A stretch of 64,000 bases of DNA from an uncultured Bacillota bacterium (lineage in GTDB: Bacteria; Bacillota_I; Bacilli_A; RFN20; CAG-288): the NCBI GenBank assembly GCA_949282275.1, contig CASDOO010000010.1, positions 36,597-100,596 of the forward strand, in the 5' to 3' direction. The notes beneath the pieces are model-generated. The model was given only the letters and a program-made list of their open reading frames with translations, searched no databases and was not told where the DNA came from. Positions 43,125 to 52,945 of the stretch are shown here, in pieces; positions within the stretch are counted from its first letter, which is position 1; every line of letters starts with the position of its first letter. The position numbers and the translations under genes were made by a program.

Positions 43125-44363
43125 TTACTTCTCTTCGATGTCGTCGATGCCAGGGAGGTGTCCATCGAACTGGATGAGTTCAAGGGAGGCACCGCCACCG
43201 GTCGAGACGTGGCTGAAGTCCGCGGCATAGCCGAACTGCTTGGCGGCAGAAGCGGAATCGCCACCACCGATGGCAGAGAAGGCACCAGCCTTTGTGGCTT
43301 CGGCGCAAGCAGCGCAGACAGCCTTGGTTCCGGCAGCGAACTTTTCGTTCTCGAAGACGCCCATCGGGCCGTTCCAGAAGATGGTCTTGGCGGAAAGGAT
43401 CTCGTTGTGGAAGAGTTCGACGGACTTCGGACCGATATCGAGTCCAAGATAGCCATCGGGAATCTCGACGCCGACGGTCTGGATGTCCTTGGGATCGTCG
43501 AAGCTATCCGCGACGACATTGTCGACAGGAACGACAACCTTGCCCGTGGCGAGGCAGTTCTTGGCATATTCGACCTGATCGGCCTCAAAGAGGGAGTTGC
43601 CGATCTTGTGCCCCTGGGCAGCAAGGAAGGTATAGGCCATTCCGCCACCGATGAGGATCTTGTCGCACTTCTTCAGAAGGGAGTCGATGACCTGGATCTT
43701 GTCGGAAACCTTGCTTCCGCCAAGGATGGCAACATAGGGATGACCATCCTCAGGGCAATTGACGCAACGTCCGAGGTTGTTGATCTCCTTCTCGACAAGA
43801 TAGCCAACGGCCGTTTCTTTTCCTTCCTGGGCAAGGATGGTCGGCACACCGACGGTGGAAGAGTGGGCCCTGTGGGCAGAACCGAAGGCATCCATGACAT
43901 AGGCATCGCAAAGGGAAGCCCATTCGGCGGAAAGCTCGGGATTGTTCTTCGTCTCGCCCTTCTCGTAACGGGTGTTCTGGACAAGGAGGACTTCGCCGTC
44001 CTTGAGAGCCTCGGCAGCGTTCTTCAGGCCTTCGCCGCGGGTATCCTCGGAGAAGCTGACGGAAACTTCATGGCCGAGAGCCTCGGCAAGATGGGCCTTA
44101 AGGGCAGGAAGGGCAATCTTGAGATCGTTCTTCTTCTTCTCGTTTTCGATTTCGGCATCATCGACCTTGCCCCACTTGATTTTGCCAAGGTGGGACATGA
44201 GGATGACCCTGGCGCCCTTCTTGAGAAGGTCGGCAATGGTCGGGATGGCAGCCTTGATACGATTGTCGTCGGTGACTTTCTCACCCTTGTGGGGAACGTT
44301 GAAGTCAACGCGGACAAGGACCTTCTTTCCGGCAACGGAGAGATCGGAAACTAACTTTTTCAT
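43125..44363 (-). CDS. pgk: Phosphoglycerate kinase.
   Basis: Full-length PGK. Confidence 0.95.
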   Translation of the reverse strand: MKKLVSDLSVAGKKVLVRVDFNVPHKGEKVTDDNRIKAAIPTIADLLKKGARVILMSHLGKIKWGKVDDAEIENEKKKNDLKIALPALKAHLAEALGHEVSVSFSEDTRGEGLKNAAEALKDGEVLLVQNTRYEKGETKNNPELSAEWASLCDAYVMDAFGSAHRAHSSTVGVPTILAQEGKETAVGYLVEKEINNLGRCVNCPEDGHPYVAILGGSKVSDKIQVIDSLLKKCDKILIGGGMAYTFLAAQGHKIGNSLFEADQVEYAKNCLATGKVVVPVDNVVADSFDDPKDIQTVGVEIPDGYLGLDIGPKSVELFHNEILSAKTIFWNGPMGVFENEKFAAGTKAVCAACAEATKAGAFSAIGGGDSASAAKQFGYAADFSHVSTGGGASLELIQFDGHLPGIDDIEEK

Positions 44364-44447
44364 GTTTTGAATCTCCTTTTTCCTTTACTAGACAAATGGC
44401 GGCAGGGTCATACCCTACCGCCAGTGATTTGCATGGTTACCGATGAC

Positions 44448-45485
44448 TTAGGCAGCAAGCTTCTGGCCGAAGAGCTTGGCAAGACGAACATACTGGCAGG
44501 TGTAGGAGTATTCGTTGTCATACCAAGCGAAGACCTTGACAAGCTGGGTTCCCTCAGGAGAGGTGAAGACCTTGGTCTGGTCGCCGTTGTAGATGCCACC
44601 TTCGGTTCTGCCGAGGATATCGCGGCTGACGATCGGATCGTCGGTGTAGCCGAGAACATCCTTGAGGTAGGTCTCGGAAGCTTCCTTCATGGCAGCATTG
44701 ATCTCAGCGGCATCCTTGACTTCCTTCTTGAGGTGAAGGGTGACATCGATCAAGGAACCATCGAGGACAGGGACGCGGATGGCACCACCCTGCATTCTGC
44801 CCTTGAGGGAAGGAATGACAAGGTTGATGGCCTTGGCGGCACCCGTGGAGGTCGGAACGATGTTCTGGGCGGCGGCACGGCCTCTGCGGAAGTCCTTTTC
44901 CTTGATGAGGTCAAGGTTGGTCTGATCGTTGGTATAGGCATGGACCGTGGTCATGAAGCCGCAGTCGATTCCCCAGTTGTCCTCGACGACCTTGAGAACA
45001 GGGCCGAGGCAGTTGGTGGTGCAGGAAGCACCGGAGATGATCTTGACATCAGCGGTGAGCTTGTCGGTGTTGACGCCATAGGCATAGGTCGGGGTGGCAT
45101 CCTTGGCAGGAGCGGACATGACAAGTCCCTTGGCTCCGCTCTTGATGTGCCACTGGGCCGTTTCCTGGGTCAGGTAATGGCCGGTGCACTCGAGAACGAT
45201 ATCGACTCCGAGTTCCTTCCAGGGGAAGAGGCACTCATCGGAAGGTGTCTTGATCTTGTAGACAGGAATCTTCTTGGTTCCGTCGACGATGATGCTGGAA
45301 TCATCGTGGCTGACGGCATGACCCCATGTTCCATGGGCAGAATCGTACTTCAGAAGGTAGGCAAGGTTGGCAGTGGAAGAGAGATCGTTGATGGCAACAA
45401 TCTCGAAATCCGGATCATCATACGCTCTTCTGAAAGCGAGACGACCGATACGACCGAATCCGTTGATCGCAACTTTAATAGACAT
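44448..45485 (-). CDS. gap: Glyceraldehyde-3-phosphate dehydrogenase.
   Basis: MSIKVAINGFGRIGR… plus the SCTTNC active site. Confidence 0.95.
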   Translation of the reverse strand: MSIKVAINGFGRIGRLAFRRAYDDPDFEIVAINDLSSTANLAYLLKYDSAHGTWGHAVSHDDSSIIVDGTKKIPVYKIKTPSDECLFPWKELGVDIVLECTGHYLTQETAQWHIKSGAKGLVMSAPAKDATPTYAYGVNTDKLTADVKIISGASCTTNCLGPVLKVVEDNWGIDCGFMTTVHAYTNDQTNLDLIKEKDFRRGRAAAQNIVPTSTGAAKAINLVIPSLKGRMQGGAIRVPVLDGSLIDVTLHLKKEVKDAAEINAAMKEASETYLKDVLGYTDDPIVSRDILGRTEGGIYNGDQTKVFTSPEGTQLVKVFAWYDNEYSYTCQYVRLAKLFGQKLAA

Positions 45486-45791
45486 TCTATGTCCTCCTAG
45501 TTACGTCTTGTATTATAGCCAACGCAATATGCATTTTAAAGAGACTTTTCTTCGCTTTTTCGTTAAAATAGCGTTTTCATTTCACGATTTGCAACTTTTT
45601 TACTATTGCCATCGAAGACACCTTGGCAAATGCGCACGCAGTGTGCAAATATATCCTTTTCAAAACGTTAGGCTTTTATCGAGTCATAAACGCAATTTGT
45701 TTTTTTGTTTGTAGGTATTAACATGTTTATAAATAAGGAAAAGGCAACTCAACTATTTGCAGCATGAATATCTTGGAAGGAGGATATTGTT

Positions 45792-46451
45792 ATGGAGAAA
45801 GCTGCTGGCCTAAAGCTCTTCCTTATCTCCGGAGCCGTCCTATTGGGAGTAGGCGGAACAATCCTTGCAATAGGCGCAATAGAAGCTGCCTCGAATGGAC
45901 CGCGCGATAGCAAGACCGTGTCCGTCGAATCCTACGATGGGGCTTCCGATTTCAAGCTGACATCAAAGATGACCGTGCACATCGACTACGACAATTACGA
46001 GGGCCAGGCCTATTTTTCCCTCTTGGACGATACCACTTTCAACGACTACATCGCCGATCTGCAAGAACCGGGATATAACTTGACGAAACCGGCAGACGAC
46101 TTCTTCGTCGTCCAGTACAGACACGACGGTTTCGACTATTGCTTCTTTGTTTCGGGACCTTCTTCCTCTCCTGCCGCGAATTACTCCCTTCAGAACGTCC
46201 CTTTCCAGTGCCCGATCCTTCTCGTCAAAGAATACCGAAACATGTTGGAGGATCTTGATCTTGTCTATCAAGAGCCTTTCTCCAAAACGTGTCGCTATAC
46301 GACTGATCACGACTATGCGGACTTCAAGGCCTATTTCTCGAAAATCAACTTCTCCAATATCGCCTATCACGACGAGGAAAACACCATCGTCTATGATGAT
46401 ACCTACCGATTCCTCATCGATAGTGGGGAAGTTCTTGTCAGACCAGCATAA
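45792..46451 (+). CDS. Hypothetical membrane-anchored protein (219 aa).
   Basis: N-terminal TM/signal anchor. GGAGG RBS. No recognised family. Confidence 0.5.
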   Translation: MEKAAGLKLFLISGAVLLGVGGTILAIGAIEAASNGPRDSKTVSVESYDGASDFKLTSKMTVHIDYDNYEGQAYFSLLDDTTFNDYIADLQEPGYNLTKPADDFFVVQYRHDGFDYCFFVSGPSSSPAANYSLQNVPFQCPILLVKEYRNMLEDLDLVYQEPFSKTCRYTTDHDYADFKAYFSKINFSNIAYHDEENTIVYDDTYRFLIDSGEVLVRPA

Positions 46452-46556
46452 TTCCTTGCGTTTTCGGCAGACTCGATCCTTCCGTCTTTCCTTGTCGATA
46501 TAAAGAAAAGGCCGCCGGCTAGCCCCGACGACCTTTTCATGATGCCGAATGTTCCT

Positions 46557-49500
46557 TTATTCGGCCTTCGTCTCGACGGTCTTCTCTTCTTCCTTCTTCT
46601 TCTTTCCGCGGAAGGCCTGATCATAGACCAGCCATCCAATCCAGGCAACAAGGCCCAGGCCGACAACGACATCCAAGGCGATCATCCACTGGATCCAACC
46701 CGGGAGGATGGGAATGATCCTGGAATCGCTGGCGATGTCGTTCATGGCAGCGGAATTGCAGACGGTGTAGAGAACATTGTGGGCAGCCCTTCTCAGATAG
46801 GTGACGATCTGCGGATCATCAAGATAGTCGGTAAGGAGGAACTTGTTGGCAGCCGTATTCATCCACATATCGGTTCCGGCCTGAAGCCCGGCGCGGATAT
46901 CCATGTAGGACTCCAATCCGGCCATATCGGTCTCGATCATGCCGCGGAATCCCCACTCGTCCCTAAGAAGATCGGTAAGAAGTTCGCTGGAGGCACCGCA
47001 CCACTTGGTTCCGATACGGTTGAAGGCGTTCATCATGCAGAAGGATCCACCCGACTTGACGGCAAGTTCGAACGGCTTGAGGTAGATTTCCCTGGCCGCC
47101 TGTTCGTTGAGGAAGGTGGCAATGCCGTCCTTGGATCCCTTGATGCCGTTGTCCTCATCGATGTAGCCTTCCGTATCGTTGAAGGCGAAGTGCTTGACGA
47201 AGGTGTAGAGGCCCTTCTCGGCAGCACCGGCGACAGTCTGGGCTCCCATCTTTCCGGAGATGAAGCCATCCTCGGAATAGTATTCGAAGTTTCTTCCGGC
47301 ATAGGCCGTGCGATGGATGTTCATGGCCGGAGCATACCAACCTTGGACATTGGCGAACATCGCATCGTTTCCGACGGCAACGCCCATCTCGTAGGCAAGG
47401 TCGACGTTCCAGGTGGAGGCAAGGACGACTTCGGTCGGATAGGCCATACCCTTGCTTCCGCCGATAAGGGTCGCGGAGATGCCGGCAGGGCCATCCTTTT
47501 CTGTCGTGGCGGGCTTGTTGATTTCCTCGATGACAGGCGTTCCGTAACCGCCATTCCTGGCGATGTACTGAAGCTGATCGACGGTCAAGGAATCCAGCAA
47601 GGATTCCCAAGCGGGATCGTCATACTCGAGACCGATAAGGGAAGCAAGGTTGAAGGGCGAATCGGCTCCGGTCGTCGGCATCGTGTAGCTTTCGGAATCC
47701 TCGACATAGACAGGAGCCAAGTCATCGATAAGCTCCTGCGGGAAGGTGATGTAGTGCTCACCTGTCTTTTCGTCCGTCCTGTCGCAGAAAGGCTCCGGAT
47801 AGGTTCCCGTCCAGTCGCTTCTGGTCAGATACTTGAAATCGGAATATTCGTCATAGTAGTCAATGGAGGCGAAATCGAAGTGATTCTTGATCTCGACGCC
47901 AGTGGCGGAATCCTTCGAATAGGTCGAGGTATCGACACCGTTGTGCTTCCACTCGAAGACGAAGTTGACATCGCCATTTGCCGTCATGCCATCGCCCGTG
48001 TCATATCCCTTCTTGGAAAGAATGTTGTTGACGGCGGCATGGGCATCATCGGCAACGGTCAGATAGTAGGTGCCATCATCGAGGATGTAGGTTTCATCCT
48101 TCTGGTAGTCATAGGAGGTCAATTCGCTCTTGTCGACATCGATGGTGACGGTCGTTTCCTCGCCGGCATCCAGAAGATCGGTCTTGGCAAAGCCGACAAG
48201 CTCGACGGACGCCTTTTCGATGCCGTTGTCGATATCGTACTGGGTATAGGGAGACTGCATGTAGATTTCGACGACATCCTTGCCGGCGACATCGCCGGTA
48301 TTCTTGACGTTGACGGAAACGGTGAAGCTGTCGTCATTCTCCTTGACGCTGAACCCGGACTTCTCGAACTCCGTATAGGAGAGGCCGTATCCGAAGGGAT
48401 AGAGGACGGTGCTGGAATAATCGTAGGTGCCGACATTGCTTCTCTTCATGACGACATCTTCGTAACGGGTCTCATAGTAGCGATAGCCGACGTAGATGCC
48501 TTCCTGGTAGACGGTGTACTGATCCGCCTCGTTGACATAGCCGGCAGAGGTCGGCTTGTTCTCGATCCAGAAGTTGGCAGCGGAGTTCTGTGCGGCCGGC
48601 GCGGAATTGTTGTCGAAGACATAGGTATCGACAAGCTTTCCGGAGGGATTCGTCTTTCCGCTGAGAATTTCGGCAATGGCGGAAACGCCTGTCTGGCCAA
48701 GACCACCGCACCAAAGGACGGACTTGACGTTCTGATAATCCGCAAGGTCGCCAAGTTCCATGGTGTTGTTGGCATTGACGAGGACGACGACATTGTCAAA
48801 CTGCCTGTTGACGGCATCGAGCATGTCCCTTTCCTGCTGGGAGAGCTCCAGGTAGGATCCGGAGTTTCCCTCAAGACCCGTCGTCTCCTTGAAGTTGTGG
48901 GCGGTCAGATCGCTTCCCTCGCCACCGCTTCTGGACAGGACGACAACGGCAGCATCGCCAAACTGGGCAAAGGAGGATTGGCACTCCCGGCTGACATCCG
49001 CCCAAGGGACTTCGTTGATGGAGAACTTTCCGCCTCTCCAGTTCGGGGCAGAGCGGACATAGCCTTCCTCATGCTTCTTCTGATAGAAATCCCACAGCGT
49101 GGAATTGACGGAAAAGCCTTCGTCCTCGAGGGCCTGCTTGAAGGTCTTTGCCGTGGAAGTGTCGACCGAGCCCGAACCCGTTCCGCCGAGGACCATGTCG
49201 ACGGAGGAGACGGAGAAGACGGAAATCTTCGCATTGGCGCTCAACGGAAGGGATTCGTCGTTCTTGAGCAGGACGGCACCCTCGCCAGCGATACGCTTGG
49301 CAACATCGCCATTGTGCTTGGTCAGCTCTTCCTCGGTCTCAAAGTCGTTCTTGTAGCGTTCGGTATCTTCCTGGCTGTCTTCGTTCTTCTCGACACGGAA
49401 ATCGCTCTGATTGAAATAACGGGTAATCAAATCCCTGTAGTTGAGCGTAACGGCATTCAGCGTGATGATGGTTCCGACGATGAGGGCAATGCCGACGATG

Positions 49501-49562
49501 TGTACCGGCAAGAATCTTTTTCTCATGTTGCTTTTTGACTCCTTGTCTTTCAGGATGGCCAT
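46557..49562 (-). CDS. Glycoside hydrolase family 3 (beta-glucosidase-like) with N- and C-terminal membrane anchors.
   Basis: GH3 N-domain (KHF…) and C-domain motifs, an Fn3-like domain, a TM near the N-terminus, and a C-terminal TM followed by a KKKKEEEK tail. Confidence 0.85.
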   Translation of the reverse strand: MAILKDKESKSNMRKRFLPVHIVGIALIVGTIITLNAVTLNYRDLITRYFNQSDFRVEKNEDSQEDTERYKNDFETEEELTKHNGDVAKRIAGEGAVLLKNDESLPLSANAKISVFSVSSVDMVLGGTGSGSVDTSTAKTFKQALEDEGFSVNSTLWDFYQKKHEEGYVRSAPNWRGGKFSINEVPWADVSRECQSSFAQFGDAAVVVLSRSGGEGSDLTAHNFKETTGLEGNSGSYLELSQQERDMLDAVNRQFDNVVVLVNANNTMELGDLADYQNVKSVLWCGGLGQTGVSAIAEILSGKTNPSGKLVDTYVFDNNSAPAAQNSAANFWIENKPTSAGYVNEADQYTVYQEGIYVGYRYYETRYEDVVMKRSNVGTYDYSSTVLYPFGYGLSYTEFEKSGFSVKENDDSFTVSVNVKNTGDVAGKDVVEIYMQSPYTQYDIDNGIEKASVELVGFAKTDLLDAGEETTVTIDVDKSELTSYDYQKDETYILDDGTYYLTVADDAHAAVNNILSKKGYDTGDGMTANGDVNFVFEWKHNGVDTSTYSKDSATGVEIKNHFDFASIDYYDEYSDFKYLTRSDWTGTYPEPFCDRTDEKTGEHYITFPQELIDDLAPVYVEDSESYTMPTTGADSPFNLASLIGLEYDDPAWESLLDSLTVDQLQYIARNGGYGTPVIEEINKPATTEKDGPAGISATLIGGSKGMAYPTEVVLASTWNVDLAYEMGVAVGNDAMFANVQGWYAPAMNIHRTAYAGRNFEYYSEDGFISGKMGAQTVAGAAEKGLYTFVKHFAFNDTEGYIDEDNGIKGSKDGIATFLNEQAAREIYLKPFELAVKSGGSFCMMNAFNRIGTKWCGASSELLTDLLRDEWGFRGMIETDMAGLESYMDIRAGLQAGTDMWMNTAANKFLLTDYLDDPQIVTYLRRAAHNVLYTVCNSAAMNDIASDSRIIPILPGWIQWMIALDVVVGLGLVAWIGWLVYDQAFRGKKKKEEEKTVETKAE

Positions 49563-49646
49563 CCCTTTGCCAAGACTATAAAGGCGTCATGAAAGCGGTT
49601 CAACGAAACAAGCCTATCCTTGCTGTTTCATCGTCCTAACCTTTCG

Positions 49647-50987
49647 CTATGCCGGTATCGGAAGAAGGATGTTGAGAGTGAAAATATTGTTTTCGCCGGG
49701 AATCATCTGGATATCCCCGTTGTAGTTCTGAACGATGAATTGAATGCTTTTTGTGCCAAAACCATGGTTTTCCTGATCTTTTTTCGTCGTAATGAGCTTT
49801 TTTGCTTTCGTTTTCACGATACCATCGTAATAATTCCGGATGACGATCGAGACGAAGCCCTTCTTTCTTTCGATGACGATGGAGATGAAACTCTTCTCCT
49901 CGGGGACCTTCATGGAAGCTTCGATGGCATTGTCGATAGCGTTTCCAAAGAGCGAATAGATTTCATTGTCTCGAATGAAGGAAAGGGAGGCACCGTCGGC
50001 GATGACGGAAAGATTTATCTTCTGTTGCTTGCAGACCATCTGCTTTTCCATCAGGACGATGTTCAAGGCCTCGCATCCTGTCTTCAGGCCGGCATCATAG
50101 ACGGAAATGACCTCCGAAATCTGTTTCAGCTCATTGGTGTCGAGGCTCTTCCCGCCTTGGGCAAGGGCGCGGATCTGGTGCTTGAGGTCATGGCACTTGA
50201 TGTTGAGAAGGTCGATGTTTGCCTTGCTCATCTCGTATTGCTGGGTCTGCTTGTAGAGAAGGTTCTGGTATTCGTCAGGTTCCGCCTTGAGTTCGCTTTC
50301 CTGAAGGAAGTTGAACATGATGAGGAGGATGCCCAGGGAACAAATCATGTTGTAGACTTCGTTGAAAATCATGTAGAAACGATTGAAGTCTGTATAGCTA
50401 TAGAAGGTGACGACGGCATTGATGACAATGTCGACGGCCATGACGGCAACAAGGCCAATCAGGACCGAAGGATACTTGACCTTTATCTTGGCATGCTTCT
50501 GGATTCGGTAACCGAAAAGGAAATAGCAGAGCCAATAGATATCCAAATAGGCAAAAAGATAGACAAGGATGGAGATGGGATTGAATAGGGCTTGGCTGTC
50601 GTTGGACTGTCCATAGCCGACAAGGGAGTTGAAGGAGCCGATGTTGAAGAGGTTCAAGGCGAGGTTGTAGCATTCATAGGCCAAATGCTGCGTCGCATAA
50701 CCGGCAAGGGCAACGAAGACGACGCCATTGAAATCCTCGTCGAAGATGAACAGGCACGAAACGATCGTTGCCGCAAAGATCGTGAAGAAGAGAATCGACG
50801 TATACCAAAAGTTGTAGGAGAATTCGCCGATCGGAAAAAGGGACGTGATGAGGTAGATGACGGCAATGGAAACGGGAATGCGAAAATACGGCCTGTCCCT
50901 GAGATTCAGCTTGAAGGAAAAAAGGAAGACGGCAAAAATCAGCTCCGTGGTGAACAGGTATTTGTATTCCGCAAGGCCGCCTATCAT
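49647..50987 (-). CDS. AgrC-like (HPK10-type) sensor histidine kinase, partner of the LytTR regulator.
   Basis: 6-7 N-terminal TM segments, H-box …KCHDLKHQIRAL…, and a GHKL ATPase domain. Confidence 0.8.
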   Translation of the reverse strand: MIGGLAEYKYLFTTELIFAVFLFSFKLNLRDRPYFRIPVSIAVIYLITSLFPIGEFSYNFWYTSILFFTIFAATIVSCLFIFDEDFNGVVFVALAGYATQHLAYECYNLALNLFNIGSFNSLVGYGQSNDSQALFNPISILVYLFAYLDIYWLCYFLFGYRIQKHAKIKVKYPSVLIGLVAVMAVDIVINAVVTFYSYTDFNRFYMIFNEVYNMICSLGILLIMFNFLQESELKAEPDEYQNLLYKQTQQYEMSKANIDLLNIKCHDLKHQIRALAQGGKSLDTNELKQISEVISVYDAGLKTGCEALNIVLMEKQMVCKQQKINLSVIADGASLSFIRDNEIYSLFGNAIDNAIEASMKVPEEKSFISIVIERKKGFVSIVIRNYYDGIVKTKAKKLITTKKDQENHGFGTKSIQFIVQNYNGDIQMIPGENNIFTLNILLPIPA

Positions 50988-51694
50988 TTCCTTGCTCCGC
51001 TAAGATAGAGATTAAGCACCCTCATGAACTCTTTCTTCTTCGGATGGGAAATCAGGAGTTCCTCATCCCCGATCCGGATCGTATATCCGCTGACGGAAGA
51101 GACATGGGAAAGATTGACAAGATAGCAGTTGTTGCATCGGGCAAAGAGGGCTGGATTGACCTTCGCCTCGATTTCCTTGAGCGTTCCATAGGATTTGATG
51201 TTCTTCGTGACGGTATGGATGACAAGGGAATGGTGCATGACTTCGACGTAGGCGATTTCATCCTGCCTCAGCGTCACCAGTTCCTTGCCGCTGGATATGC
51301 GTATTGGCATGTCCTTGTTCGTCATCGCTTTGTCGATGGCTTTCTGTATCTTGAAGAAGAAGTCGTAGTACTTGACCGGCTTGACGACAAAATCCAAAGC
51401 CTCGACTTCATAGCCGTTAATGGCAAACTGGGCGAGGTTCGTGACAAAAATGATACTGACCTTTCTGTCGACGTTCTGCAACGCCTTGGCCAAATCGATA
51501 CCGTTGCTATCCTTCAAATCGATGTCCAGAAAGACGATATCGAAACTATCGTCCAGATTTTCGAGGAATGTCTTGCCATTGGGAAAACGCGTGATTCAAA
51601 ATTGGATCTTCTCCTCTTCCTGATACCTTTTCAGGACAGAATCGAGGTTCCCGAAGTCGCTATCATCATCTTCGACAATGGCTATCTTGAGCAT
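50984..51694 (-). pseudogene. LytTR-family response regulator interrupted by an in-frame TGA (codon 33).
   Basis: ATG at 51694 gives MLKIAIVEDDD…KIQF-TGA(51598-51596)-ITRFPNGKTFLENLDDSFDIVFLDIDL…, then the LytTR domain, all in one frame. Overlaps the kinase gene by 4 nt. Confidence 0.75.
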
Positions 51695-51984
51695 TTTTCC
51701 TATCGATGTTTCAGCATGATTTTATGGAAAAGGGAAAGGGATTTCAATCATTGTTCGTGGCACCGAAAAAGGTAAAACATATAATGTTTTAATCTTTTTT
51801 CTTTACCGCCGAAACGCGGTGGTTTTCAATACGATTCCCTATTCTCTGTCGGTTCTTTTTGGTTGTTTTTCTTTCCTTGATCCGTAGAGAAGTCGACAGC
51901 ATTCTTGTCCATCGCAAAACTATGTTTAACAATATAGAACCAAGTCTTTTTATAAATAAAACTTGTTTCAACTATCTTTTGCTT

Positions 51985-52941
51985 TTATTTATCAATCTTT
52001 TCGATTTCTTCTCTCAATGCCGAAATGATATGGACGACGCCGGATTTCGATATCGGCGTCCCGTTTGCGCTCAAGAACTCGGCGATTTCCCGGTAATTGA
52101 AATCCTCATGCTCCAGGCGAGCCTTGATGACCTCCTGCGCCTTCTTGTCGAAAAGGGGAAGAGGCTTGACCTTCAAAAGCCTATTGATGCCCTCGATATC
52201 CTTTTTTGCCGTCGACAGCGTCTTTCCGTAATTGGCGGAATCGCAAATGGAGAGCCTGTTGTTGATGTTGATGTCCTCCTTGAGGATTCTGGCGTTTTCG
52301 AAGGAAAACATCGCGGAGGTCGCCCCGATAAAGGAGAGAAAAACGGAAATCTGATCGCTTCGCTTGAGATAGAGGACCTGTTTTTCCCTTCTCTTGATCG
52401 TCTTGAAGTTCATCGTCTTCTCTTCCTTGAAGGTAAGAAGCTTTCTCTTTATCGCCAAGGCGTCGTCCTTGTTGTTGAAGGACATCTCAAGGAAATAGGA
52501 CGTCTTGCTCGTCGTCGGATTGTTGACGCTGCCGCTGGAGAGAAAGACGCCGATGAGAAGGAAACGGAAATTGTTCTTTCTCAGTCCCTCTTTCGGAACC
52601 ATTCTCTCGATGCCGTCCTGAAGGACTTCCAGGTCATCCATGATTTTGTAGAGGTCGGGAGAGGAAACGACGACCTGATAGGCAATGCCCTTCCTGAAGC
52701 GGGTCACCTGTTCATAGACGATCCTCGGGGAAAGGCCATAGCATTCCTTGAGCGCCTGGAAGAGCAGCTTGGCGACTTTTGCCAACTCCGTCCGAAGATG
52801 AAGGGTCGGATTCTTTCCAAAGGAAAACACGCCCCCATTGCGAGCAAAGCCGGAAAGGATGTATTTCAGTTCTTCCTTTCCATAAGCATAGGAGGCAAGC
52901 TCGTTCTTGACGCTGCGGGTGAAGTTCTCCTTTTTTTCCAT
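51985..52941 (-). CDS. whiA: DNA-binding protein WhiA.
   Basis: Degenerate LAGLIDADG-like N-terminal domains plus a C-terminal HTH. Start at METKENFTRSVKNEL…. Confidence 0.85.
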   Translation of the reverse strand: MEKKENFTRSVKNELASYAYGKEELKYILSGFARNGGVFSFGKNPTLHLRTELAKVAKLLFQALKECYGLSPRIVYEQVTRFRKGIAYQVVVSSPDLYKIMDDLEVLQDGIERMVPKEGLRKNNFRFLLIGVFLSSGSVNNPTTSKTSYFLEMSFNNKDDALAIKRKLLTFKEEKTMNFKTIKRREKQVLYLKRSDQISVFLSFIGATSAMFSFENARILKEDININNRLSICDSANYGKTLSTAKKDIEGINRLLKVKPLPLFDKKAQEVIKARLEHEDFNYREIAEFLSANGTPISKSGVVHIISALREEIEKIDK

Positions 52942-52945
52942 CGTC

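Noticed and set aside
45486-45791. CcpA cre or CggR operator in the gap upstream region (TTGGCAAATGCGCACGCAGTGTGCAAAT).
   Set aside because: Does not fit TGWNANCGNTNWCA or the CggR direct-repeat consensus. It is probably just a local inverted repeat.
51596-51598. Possibility that TGA is a sense codon (code 4/25) in this organism.
   Set aside because: Genes such as tdk terminate with TGA, and long housekeeping ORFs are intact under the standard code. The single in-frame TGA is treated as a nonsense mutation or sequencing error.
51789-51971. 60-aa basic ORF between whiA and the LytTR regulator, as a possible autoinducing-peptide precursor.
   Set aside because: No leader or double-glycine motif, no amphipathic AgrD-like organisation, no RBS. 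It sits in an A+T-rich intergenic region where random ORFs are common.
51700-51985. LytTR direct-repeat binding sites upstream of the response regulator (GTTGAAACA … GTTAAACA).
   Set aside because: Spacing (~33 nt) is inconsistent with the 12-13-nt spacer typical of LytTR sites.
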